In this document: positions 13,032-24,661 of the stretch, piece after piece
Numbering within the stretch: the stretch's first letter is position 1
Layout of the letters: each line of letters opens with the position of its first letter
Origin: Hormiphora californensis
Taxonomy: Eukaryota > Animalia > Ctenophora
Direction of reading: 5' to 3'
Length of the DNA stretch: 64,000 nucleotides
NCBI GenBank assembly: GCA_020137815.1
Contig: CM035354.1
Location: forward strand, 8,432,001-8,496,000
Program-made: the position numbers and the translations under genes
Notes under the pieces: model-generated
What the model was told of the DNA's origin: nothing
Databases searched by the model: none
Seen by the model: only the letters and a program-made list of their open reading frames with translations

Positions 13032-15704
13032 TCACAGCATGTCAAGTGTTGACGCAATACTATTACCTATCTTAGAGCCTAGTTCCTGGGGACGTAACTT
13101 CAGGGGTATAAAGTTCTCATTACACATGTTGTCAGTTCCCACCAGGGGCTTAGCAAGGGGCAGATCGTCCATAGCTAGACGCTGACAGGCAGCACTTAGC
13201 TCTCCTTTTAAAGAGTCTGTGTGAGATTTAAAGCTCTTCACATCTCGTTCTAAGCCGGAAATACGTCTCTGAACAAGCCTTAAAATGTCTTCATAAAGTG
13301 CACATATTTTCTGAACCTCCTCAACCTCTGAGGTGGTGTTTTCCCCGACAGAGAGGAATCCTGTCACTGTCACCATGTTACCCGATGTTACCCTTATTTT
13401 CCGTTCCTGAAGGGACACAGACAGCTTGCTGAGGTAACCATGGAGACAGTCTCTATCACGGGACCTGGAATCTACACATTTCTGTACTGTTGTCAACTGC
13501 TCCAATATACTCTTCCTCTCTCCTTCTAGAGTTGCAACCTTCCGAGTCTGTACTCTCTCACTTTGTTCAACCTGTCTCAGGTGCACCTGGAGAGAAGGGA
13601 AGATGTTAATGTCAACACGATTTTGAAGGTGGCGTCTCATAGTCTATACCAAATCTTAAGTGGGGGACGGGGTGGGTGACATACCTTCTGGCTAGATAGA
13701 TCCTTGATTGCCTCATCTAGTGTCTCAGATCTTTCCCTCAGTTCATGTGAGGCACTCTCATAGTCTTCCCCCAATCTCTTTAGCTGTTGACGTAAACTGT
13801 GTGCTTCCTCTCTGGCAAAAAACAAGTTCATCAGTCAGTTAGTAGGGGGGAGAGTTTTGAGAGTAGGGGGCAGAATATTAACCTGAGAGATTCCTCTCTA
13901 CCCATTAACACCAGCTAGTTCTCTCATCACAGATTCGTGTTTCTCAATAGGGACAGTGTTGAATGCCTGAAACAATTGGAACTACTTTACCCGTTACCGG
14001 CCAACAACAGGTCCTGATGTTTTACCCAGTTTGGGTTTGTAACGGCAGTGCGCGCACGGCATGGTTCAGTTTGGCGCGACCAGAGACACAGTGCTGACAT
14101 TATGGCACACAGCGCGGCGTCAACTCGCGCCCTCCACTTACCACTCCCTCTAATTCCTTTACTCTGCGACCGAGGATTTCTGTTTGCTCCACTGCTCCCC
14201 TCAGCTCCCCCGCCTCTTTCTGCCAATGCTGCACTTTGGAGAGCAGGGACCTGCGATCCACTTCGACAGAGTGTAAGCGTTGAGTGAGGTTGAGGGTAAA
14301 TGATCGAACAAGAGCTACATCCTGAAATTGGAATGTGTCGGCAATTTGATAATCAGTGATGAGAGAGGTGGTTATCGGCTCTAAACTAAAACAACGGTAC
14401 ATTGGGTTTAAGAGTTTAGAGTTTATTAGAGTCTAGAGTGTAAGATTGCCTGAGGGCTTTGTGTCCAGCTGCTAGTTGATGGAGTAAACTGTCTCCATAC
14501 ATCTCAACATCCAAACATAAGGGACGGGAGGGAAGAGAAAGTGGAATGGTTTGCCCTCGGTAGGGATGTTTGGATGGTTTTTTAAATCTGAAAGGAAAAA
14601 GATAGAAGAGCCAAGCAACCAGAACTGATATCTTCATACTTGTGAGTGTTGTTATAGATTGAGGCTACTAGTTTATCAGTAGTTGCAGCTAGTGGCCGGG
14701 TTCTCCAGTTTTTAACTGCTCCTCCAACCAACCTCTCTAGTTCGGTACTTTCCAGCCATCTGGGGTTACATAATGTTAACATGCTAACATGGGGCCTGGG
14801 GGGGGTAACATAATGGTAACACTCGGTACAGCCCTGTTAACTTACTGTATGGGGTTGCATTGGTCTGGAACACCTAGAATATATCGCTGTCGGTGAGAGT
14901 TACCAAGTGAACGTAGTCTTAGAGCCGCCAAAACCACTATTACACCGCGCCTGTTGTAGGGAGTGGCGGCTAGAAGGAGAAGAGAGAGAGATGAGAGAGA
15001 GAGCGGTCCTTGAGAGAGAAGTTAGCAGAGAGGTACTGATGATAACCGATCTGCTTTAGTGTGTGAACCCGACTAAGGACCCCGAGGAGGATGCGCGGAG
15101 TGCACGAGATCTTTCGCAGAGAGCACTGATGAGTGAGAAGGCGATCAACCTTCGTCGTACGTTAGATGGTTTGTCGGTTGCGTAGCGTATGATTTCTTGA
15201 GACTGACCCCTGCTTGCGAAGGGCAGCGTGGAGGGAGGTATCCGATTCTTTCTTGGATCCCGCAGGCACTTCGACGTAATGAATGCAGACAGCTGCCTGG
15301 AAGAGAGACCTGGTAGAGAGGAATTGACGGAAGACGATGAGCTGTAGGTGTGAGTAGAGCGGTTTGTAGATTGTATTCCGTCCGGATAGATCGAGAGAGC
15401 ATGGCCAGAGCCGGCGAGCTACCCGGAGTCTGAAGATACATGAGAGATGTCTCTCGCATCTTCGTTGAGGTTGTGAGAGTATGCCCGACTGGAGACCTCA
15501 ATGGAAGACTAGATGAGCAGCGAGAGAGGCGCGGAAAGCTACGACTGAATGAGCCGCGAGAGACTTCGACCGACTGTGAGAAGAGAGTTGTAAGGGAGGA
15601 GAGAGGATGGGAGGGAGAGAGATGAGAGAGGAGAGAACCATGAGCCAGGAGAGGACGATGACTGAGGAGACGGAGAGAGAGGAGAGAGCGGAGCGAGAGA
15701 GGAC

Positions 15705-15739
<35 letters not shown>

Positions 15740-15834
15740 GAGAGGGATGAGCGGGGTGGGTGATGGAATGAGAGGGATCCGAGCTTGGAGGGAGAGAGAT
15801 GGAGGAGGGGAGGAGGCAGAGAGGGGAAGTGACA

Positions 15835-15927
<93 letters not shown>

Positions 15928-18900
15928 AGCCATGTCGGTGTTAGGAAAATGTGTGTTTCACTAATAACCTGAAGGTAAATATTGCATTTCTGGTTGGAGC
16001 TGCAGTTTCAGTGAGCGCCACGGAAAGGGAGTGTAGATCACGAAGTTTCTCCTCTCCTCTTGAGACCTGTTAGAGAGGGGGTTGGGTATACCGGAAATAT
16101 AAGGGGACGATTAGTACAGACAGTAGTTGCAGTAGAACCTCTGTCCCTATCTGACTCTCCCTCTCTATCGTTCCCTATCGATGTATCTCTTTCTAGATAT
16201 ATCTCTGACATGTAACTGACCTGTTCCCTGTAAAATGCCAGTACGTAGAGGGCCCTGTTGTAACTGTTCATGTGATGAAGTACAGTACTGGCCAACATCC
16301 CTACCGCTGCCTGGAAACTAACCCTTCCTGAGAGAAATAGGGAGATCACAGAGTGAGAAATAGGAATATAGAAGAGAGAGAAATAAGATCACAGAGAGAA
16401 GAAGAAGATCACAGAGAATGAAATACGAAGATCAGTCTACTGTGACACTAATCACTATACCTTGTACAGCTAACTCCAAATCTTCTTCTAGAACGGACGT
16501 TGCTCGTGTTAGTTCCCTGATTTCCTCTTTAGCTCCTCTCAACTCCTCCTGACAGGAATGAAGGGACCCATGGGACACCTGTAACAATACATGTGTTAAA
16601 CAAAAAGTGTTAAATAGCAGAGTGTAGTATTAAGTAGTGTTTATACCTTTAGTTTACTATTTAAAGTCTCCACTAGCTGCATGAAGTTTGATTCCAGTGT
16701 CTTGGAATGCTCAGAGTGCCGACCCTCATTTTCAGCTAATTTCCTGGCACACTCTACCCTGGCACCGTCCACGTTCTTACTAAGGGTCTCCATGGCGACA
16801 TTGCATGCCCGTATCTCCTCCTGGGCTTCTTTCAACTAAGAAAATGTTCATAGTGTAGTAGGGACGATATATTGTCAGTGAAGTGTGAGGGATGTTTTTT
16901 AACAAGGAAAGTAGGAAGGGGCATCACATGGGCATAACAGGAATGTATTGTGTTACCTGTATGTTCATATCCTGTTTCTGGGTGACAGTATTTCGTGCAG
17001 CCTGTAACACAGCAGCACACACCTCACTCCACTCACTCTCCCCTCCAACATACCCCAGCACCTCCCCTATCTGGCACACCGCCTCACACTGACCCTGTAT
17101 AGAGGGAGAGCATTGTGGAAGGAGAAGACACTGTCAGATTGGAGCATTGTGACTGGAGAAGATCTGTCAGATCTGGCAGCATGTGAAATGAACTGCTTGT
17201 TTGAACTGTGGTGGCACAACAACAACACAATAAATAACAATACATAGAAGAATGGAAGATTACACAGAGCACTGCTGTGGTGACACTGCAAAAACACTTG
17301 ACAGCACACCACGTGTACCTTTAGGGAGACATGTTTCTGTTTGATAATTTCCTTCTTGTCCTTCAGAAGAGTGAGAGCTTTCTCTTGTTCAGTAGCAAGG
17401 AGGGATGACATGTCCTGTAACTGCTGCTGAAGTGTCCTGTTTGTATACAGCAGGGATGCTCTCTCATTCTCAGTGGCAGTCTGGGCAGCTCGCACTTCTG
17501 ATAACCTGGAGAGGGACGGATAAATTACACAGGCTTCAAACCACTTTAGTCTTTGCCTACTGGATATTTGATAAATGTTTAACTGAACAATAAGTAAGGC
17601 TGATTACTAACTGAGATTGAAGGGAGGTGATGGTAGACGATTTGGTGTCAAGAGACGCCTTCTGGACATCTATTACAGAACTGTGCTGATGAATTGTCCT
17701 CTGCAATACAGTCAGTTCCTCGTTTTGCTTTAAATTCTACATTAGGATGAAAATGTTAGGTATGTGAAGCTTCAACTCGGCTTCTGAGTGAACTGTACCT
17801 GGTTATGAAGATCTTGAAGCTTGGTGGCCAAATCTTCGGTCATTTTACGCGGGGTACATTTAGTCCCTGGTGGTCCAGGAAACTGCTGACGATGCAAACT
17901 CTCCAGACCTCTCACTCCCTCCCCATACTGGCTTTCAATCTGTAATGGAAGTAGAATAACACATGGTATCCGGTTACTGATAACATACACCACTTCATTA
18001 CAGGGTCGGGTATCCCTCTCTTTCTCATGCCACTTCCCTATAACAATTCTGCAGTATCTGTCTTATGGTAACATGCATTAGCTTTTAGCTTTGAAAACTT
18101 GCCTCCAATGGGATTTCAAAAGATTCCTTGTACTTCCTAAAACGAGCCAGTTCTGTTTACTTTAGCTGTGTTATGTCTTTGGATGAGTTCGAATGTGGAA
18201 TCTGCCTAGATTTGTGTCAAGAGGCAGTTGCCACTGAATGCTGCCACCATCTGTTTTGCAAGGGATGTTTGGAACGGTGCAGAGAGTGTCCAGCATGTAG
18301 GAATCACCCCCTTTCCTCCTACCCTAACATACCGGTCAGGAGGATTATCGAGAGAACGTTATCAGCACCGCCTGCCACCCCATCTGCACCTCCCCTTTCT
18401 GAGGTTCCAGATGAGGCTACCAAATCTCCAGCCTCATCTCTCTTCTCTTCTTCTCGACGCTCTCAGCGGGGTGAGCTGTGTGAGTTTTGTAACGAGATGA
18501 TACCCAAGAAAGGGATGAAGAAACACAAGACCAAGACCTGCCGAAACAGGCACGTGGAATGTAACAAGTGCAAGGCATGGGTTTCAGAGAGGGAACTTCA
18601 GGGACATGATAACAACTCCTGTCCCATGAGGCTTGTTCGCTGTATTTTCTGTGGCTTCTCACCTGCTGCAGCTAACATGGATAGACACTATAGGACAGCG
18701 TGTCGAGCAAACCCAACCCCCTGTAGACACTGCTCTGTTTTGTACAGTAAACCCCAACTACATCTTCACGAGACGAAAATGTGCACGCTCAGAGAGGTTG
18801 AGTGCCCCCAATGTACCACTGTTCTCTGCTTCGAAGATCTTGGTAGTCACATGGAGACGACATGCCCCTTTCGACAGGTCGAGTGTCCGGATTGTCACGA

Positions 18901-21092
18901 GAGTGTACTGGTAGAGGAACTAAACTTGCACAAAGTATCTGCCTGTACAGCACGTCCAATAGCCTGCTTCTTATGCAGCGCTGTGGTGATAGCAAATAAC
19001 GTAGATGAACATTTGAACGATCTGTGTCCAAAACGGAAGATTGAGTGTAAGATATGCAAAGGTTTAATAACGAGTGATAACTTCTGTTGGTCAAAGTGCC
19101 CTAACATGTTTGAAGTACATTGCATGTTGTGTAGAAGGGTTGTTAAGAAAAGGAATATAGTGTCTCACAGTCAGAGTTGTACTGAATGTGTCGCATGTAA
19201 AGAAAGAGTGAATGTTTCCGATTTGAGCTATCACGCAATTGAGCCCAAAATATTGGTAATCAAACACAGAGAATGCAGGATTGAATCTAGTGAAGACAAA
19301 CTTGATGAGAAAAGTACATGTATCATCTCTTAATTTGTTACTTTTTATAAACACGTGTATTACCTGATCCATACCGTCCTGTAATTGAGATAACTCCTGT
19401 CCCAGCTCAGTACAAATGGTCTGATGGTGAGCTAGGTCAGCAACCAATACTTCAATCTCTTTATCCTTCTCTCTTCTCAACTTCTTTAGCTCATCTGTCC
19501 GCCTCTCCAGCTCCTTTGAACCCCTGCAGGTTAGAAGGTTAATATTTGATAATACGAGTCCAGTCAGTGATGTATAATACCTTGCAATGGTATGGTCTTG
19601 TGTTGTCCTCTCTTTTTCCAAGTCCTCAACAAGTGCTCGCAATGTCTTCACCTCAACCTCCAGACGCTCCTTCTCCGCTCTCTCCTGGGCAAGGGTTCCC
19701 TTGAACTCATCCTTACTTTTTTCAATGAGAACCATCTCCTCTTCAATACCCTGGAAATGTGGATGGAAACAGTGAGCAGGAATAATAGCGAGTAAAATGT
19801 GTAACAAGGTTGATTGGTTGGCAAAATAATATTACCGCTAGTTGTTGAGCATTTTGTATATTGAGCCCCCTTTCTCGTTGTAAGTTTTCCTCCACTCTTT
19901 TCCTATCCTCGGAACATTGGGCAAGTTCCTCTTTCATCTTCTCTTCCCGTTGCTCTAGTACCGCAACTTTAACAAGAGTCTGTCGTAATATCTCCTTGTC
20001 GCTGGTCCATGACATTTCACAAGTCTTTAGTTGATTGATAACATTCCCAACCTCACTGAAGGGGAAAGTAATTATATCAACACTGACATCTAGAGTTGAT
20101 ACTATACCAGATACTATTTAAAATTACCTTTTTTGCTCATCCAAAGCTTTAGAAAGATCTTCTATGCACTTTCTTTTTTCGTCTGATTCAAAGTTTAGAA
20201 ACTCGATAATCTGATCCTTTTCTGCAGCGGCTGCCTTCAGTTTCTCGCTACTCCTGGCCATGTTTTGCTGTTCCATCTCTGAGGCTTTGTGGGCCAACCC
20301 AACTGCCTTCTCCCACTCCTTCGCCCTGTTCTGTGCTTCTTTTACCAAATCTAAACAAAATAATGTGACACTATGACGCATCAACTCGCTGCTGTTTCTC
20401 CCAAACTGCAAAATTAACAAGGCCCCCTAGTGGGATGCAGTGTGGGATATTCTGCAGACGGATGGACGCTATGTTACCTTTATAACGGCTAACTTCGCTA
20501 CACTGTCTTTCCTCAGCTGCCTCTAGTTCCTCCCGAAGTTCTCGTCCTTGTTTTTGTTCCACAAGAAGATCATATTCCGTTTTGTGCCGAGAAGCCTCAC
20601 TCTTTTCCAGAAGGGTTCTCAGCCGTGACATGACGGCCTCCTCTCCACTGCTCTTATCATTGAGCTTACTAACAGTCTCCATTAGGTCAGTCTCTAGTTT
20701 GATTATCCGTTTCCTTAGCGACATTGCCACATCACCTGACAGAATTTAGAGTTCTTAAAATTGTTTTAAATTGTTTAGCATTGAAATCTAAGTACCTGAG
20801 AAAAAGGATCGATTAACCTTGATTACATATGGAAATATCGAGCAAAATGTAAACGAGTAGAATAACTTACTGTCGCTTGAGTGTTGATTGTCCAGTTCGA
20901 CGCATTTTCTTGTGAGACTCTCGTTTAGAGATCGTTCAACCTCCAGCTCTTGTTGCAGCATAGTCACTCCATTCAGTACCTAAATCTCAAAATTCAGTTG
21001 AACTTCATAAAAAAGGACTGATAAACAACAAATCACAGACACTTCATGCAATCCCACACTCATGTTACCTCCTCTTCGTCTATCTCGTTCAT
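13032..21092 (-). CDS. CCDC171: Coiled-coil domain-containing protein 171-like, multi-exon; exons around 15000-15700 are garbled
   Basis: Start MNEIDEEE (21069-21092). Exon LRTLLEKSEASRHKTEYDLLV matches CCDC171 [31 protein letters not shown] motif near 14920-14950; heptad-rich exons with GT-AG ends; last exon stops at 13032. Confidence 0.75.
18173..19333 (+). CDS. Intronless RING-finger plus multiple TRAF-type zinc-finger protein (putative E3 ligase), C-terminal CaaX (CIIS), nested antisense in CCDC171 intron 17940-19363
   Basis: C3HC4 RING CGICLDLC..C.HLFCKGC..C..CPAC, then repeated CxxC-x11-12-H-x3-4-C units (e.g. HMETTCPFRQVECPDC). ATG at 18173 lies 7 nt after TTTAG. No MATH domain. Confidence 0.9.
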   Translation: MSLDEFECGICLDLCQEAVATECCHHLFCKGCLERCRECPACRNHPLSSYPNIPVRRIIERTLSAPPATPSAPPLSEVPDEATKSPASSLFSSSRRSQRGELCEFCNEMIPKKGMKKHKTKTCRNRHVECNKCKAWVSERELQGHDNNSCPMRLVRCIFCGFSPAAANMDRHYRTACRANPTPCRHCSVLYSKPQLHLHETKMCTLREVECPQCTTVLCFEDLGSHMETTCPFRQVECPDCHESVLVEELNLHKVSACTARPIACFLCSAVVIANNVDEHLNDLCPKRKIECKICKGLITSDNFCWSKCPNMFEVHCMLCRRVVKKRNIVSHSQSCTECVACKERVNVSDLSYHAIEPKILVIKHRECRIESSEDKLDEKSTCIIS

Positions 21093-21896
21093 TGGTCTAA
21101 TCTAAACAATTATAGTTGTTGTTACTATTTATTATACAGTAGACACTAGACCTGCTGAGCTACTTGCCTAGCTAGACTCCCTTTCGCGTGCTCCCTAAAT
21201 TTATAAATAAAATATAATAAAATGGGTTTGATCAAAACAGCCAAATTTCAAGTCTCTATCTTATCAGGAACCGGAGATATGATCAAGTTTGTTATTTTGA
21301 GAAACGACACTGGCCAACGTTAAAATCTGGGTGTTTGGAGTGTCAGCAGTCGGCACTCATGGTTTTTTAGGGTTAGGGCTAAAGTGGGGTTAGGGTAAAA
21401 TGTAAATTGTGCACTTAATATCCCACTCAATAGTGAATATATACCCAGAAAAATGGTGCCAACGCACTCTCTAAAAGTTAGGGCTGGAGTTTGGGTTAAG
21501 GCTTGACATTTCCTATCAGATAAACTTTGGATTAGCTAAAACGGTTGAGTACCCTACAGGCTGCAGCGGCCTGCAGGGTATTTTTTGGCAAAAACGGCTC
21601 TAACCGCCAAACCACTCAACCGTTTTGGCTAATCCAAAGTTTATCTGATAGGAAATGTCAAGCCCTAACCCCAGCCCTAATTCTAACCCTACTTTAGCCC
21701 TAACCGCCAACCGGTAACGGGTAACCTTGGCCTATGCTACAGCTAGAAGCCGTGGAAAACGCGCGCACTTGGGGTCTGCAGCGCATGCCAACGGGTAACC
21801 CTGAAAACCGTGAGTGCTGACACTCCTTGGCGCCTAACTGAGCTTAAAAATAAAAGTCAACCGGGCCGCGCGGCGCGGCATTTGGATGCCTAATAA

Positions 21897-22664
21897 TAAA
21901 GTCGGATTTTTTGAAGTTGTCACCCCCCTTCTCGTGCGCGGAATTTTTTTGCGCGTCACATCACATGTTAACGTGTGGTGTGCGCGTCAAAATTGGTAAA
22001 TTTCACATGCGCGGTCATTTTGGGGTGACAACTTCAAAAAATCCGACTTTACTACACAACCCACTAAAGTGAAAGCGAAACAACAACGAACTGGCTGCGC
22101 GTCGCGCATTCGTTGCGCATAACGATCTCACCGGAGAGATTCACATGCGCAACGTTGCGGGACGCGCAGCCAGTTCGTTGTTGTTTCGCTTACACTTTAA
22201 AGGTCCCCCCAAACTACTATGTCCCTTGCTGCGCGCGACCGGATTTTAGACGGCTATAGCTCCACCCCCTGATAAGATAGAGACTTGAAATTTGTTTTGT
22301 AGGGAGATTATATCGAGTTCTTCGTACAAAACAAATTTCAAGTCTCTATCTCATCAGGGAGTGGAGTTATGACCGTGGGAAATTTCACAAAACCCGAGTG
22401 AGGGACATAGTAGTTTGGGGTGTACTTTAAAGTCGAATTTTTTATTTAAGCGACAGGCCGCCGCGCACTCAATTAGTTAATTGATCATATCTCCGGTTCC
22501 TGATAAGATAAAGACTTGATCCTGGTTGCGTTGGAAAGATAAAAATTTTATCTTTCCAATGGCACCAAGAAAAAGTCGCTAGCTTATCAGGAACCGGAAA
22601 TCGATTTCAAGCGCTGCATTTTGATGCGCGGCGGCCTGTCGCTTAAATAAAAAATTGGACTTTA
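21897..22664. mobile_element. Train of four different hairpin MITEs with (T)TAAAG...CTTTA(A) ends (Kolobok/piggyBac-like)
   Basis: Elements at 21897-22051, 22065-22200, 22197-22430 and 22427-22664, each with 30-55 bp TIRs; the last three share TTAA junctions. Confidence 0.75.
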
Positions 22665-22810
22665 GGGACATTTGGATGCCTTGTCACGTAACGCGCAAAA
22701 CCAGAATTTACGCCGCGTCCATACCAGTTTTTTTCTCGCTCAGATTAGTTCGACTTTTCGGAGCCGTTTTGGCCAGCGTTAAAATCTGGGTGTTTGGTGA
22801 GTGCTGACAA

Positions 22811-23294
22811 CAGGGGTGTAGGAATGATTTTCAAAGTGGAGGGGCGAAGTCACGTGACAAATAATAGCGCTGGCCAGCGCCCGGAAATTTTTTGGGGAGC
22901 ATGATTTAGTCACCTGTACCAGCACATTGGGCGGAGCGACAGCGGCGCCCAAGAAAAATTTTAGGTTTTTGAGCCAAAAAGTCAGTGTTTTCGTCATTTG
23001 GGAGTATTGATTATGGATTTCAAGCTAGCTGTCTTCAATTTTTTGTCCATTGAGTCGGTGTACAAAGTTAATGCATGCCTCAATATGTCTAATTGAGTGG
23101 GATTGTGTGAATGTAAGGGAGGGCCCAATACCCAAATAGAGAGCGAAGCGATTGGGATTGGGTTGCCCTATCTGTAATCTGGATTTACTTCATTATCACA
23201 TACAATGGGCAATTCTGAGAAAAAGTGAAGGGGCGAACCTGGCCAAAAGTGGGGGGGCCCCCCCCCTCCCCCCCCCCCTATTCCTACACCCCTG
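22811..23294. mobile_element. hAT-type MITE nested in another TIR element (~22778-23518)
   Basis: TIRs CAGGGGTGTAGGAAT / ATTCCTACACCCCTG; TSD GCTGACAA/GCTAACAA. Host TIRs GTTAAAATCTGGGTGTTTGGTG / CACCAAACACCCAGATCGTAAC. Confidence 0.85.
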
Positions 23295-24185
23295 GCTAAC
23301 AAACGGCATGTTTTAGGGTTAGGGCCAAAGTAGGATTAGGGTTTGTGTTGGGGTTTGTGTTGGGGTTAGGCCTTGACATTTCCTACCAGATAAACTTTGA
23401 ATTAGCCAAAGCGGTCGAGTGGTTTGGCGGTTAGAGCCATTTAAGTGAATCAACTTTTTTGGAAGCGTGCACCTGTAAACATGCCTGTAAACAGGCCACC
23501 AAACACCCAGATCGTAACTGCTGCTGTTAATTATGGAAAACTATCAAGGATTGACCCGACTGACTGGAATATGCTATGAAGAGAACTGCACCAATATAAT
23601 TCTAATCACGCACCTCAAACAGCTGAAAGGCCTAACATTGAATGGGGACAAGTTAACTGAAATTTGCTACTACTGGTTGCCTTTGTGTGCCTCCCTACAG
23701 AGCGTCTCATTGATTCATTCCGCGATAACTGATAGGGAGGTCACAGAAGCCATTCTCACTCTCAAGAAAAATATGTCTCAGAAATTGTTCTAACATTAAG
23801 GGAACAACAAAATGAGAGTAATGTGATGCTTACCATTAGTTGCCCTGATCATTTGTGGTTGCCACAGTGTGCTTACCAGGTGGGGCTGTTGGTGATTGAC
23901 GAGTGCTGGGCACCGCCATCTTTATAAGACCCTAGATAGGTCCCTAACAGGGATAGGGGCTAACAGCGGTACTGGCAGGTGATTGGAAGCAGGTACTCCC
24001 AGTAATCTGGAGAGGTAGTCGGGGACAGATCGTTAGTGCCTGCTTGAAACGGTCAGTTCTTTGGGCTGCTACCAAACCAAACCAAACCAAACCATTCCTT
24101 TGAACCTGGCCATAATTTATTCATCTTGTTGAAATGTAGGTCCCAGAAAGTTTCGGATATTAAAATGGATCCTGAATGGAGGAAT

Positions 24186-24426
24186 TTTTTAATCAAGGGA
24201 CATGGGCTGAACAATGTACATGCGTGGCGTTGTATTTGCGTGTGCTAAATCTAAGTCCAGTTCCTGATAACCTCAAAACTTGATCCTGAAAGCATAATTG
24301 AAAGACCTTTTTAATACAACAAAGATTAAGTCTTTATCTTATCAGGAACTAGAGATATAAGCAATAACGTTTGCCACACGCAAATTCAACGCTGCGAGTG
24401 CACGGCCCCTGTCCCTTGATTAAAAA
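24186..24426. mobile_element. Short TIR element upstream of ULK3
   Basis: TTTTTAATCAAGGGACA...TGTCCCTTGATTAAAAA; internal TCTTATCAGGAAC motif shared with 21250-22600. Confidence 0.65.
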
Positions 24427-24661
24427 TGGATTTCGATGATCATCCGTGGTCACTGCCATCTTTTTATATAACATGTGTGGTGATGAGTAGTATCCAAGTC
24501 GTGGGTGAGAAGTGATAAGTGTTTAGTTTAACAGGGGAAGACCTGTTGTGTACTGCACTAAAACTTTTCTTGTAAACTTGTATTTACAAGAGTTTTACAA
24601 GCACCAATTGTAATTAAACAATTAATTAACTAATATCTTGCAGCTAAAATGTAAAAATGAA

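Noticed and set aside
15145-15944. Long SL/ER-rich ORFs (also 29208-29653, 30680-31108, 36769-37290, 47724-48364, 63115-63383)
   Set aside because: Translations of (CT)n/(AG)n microsatellites.
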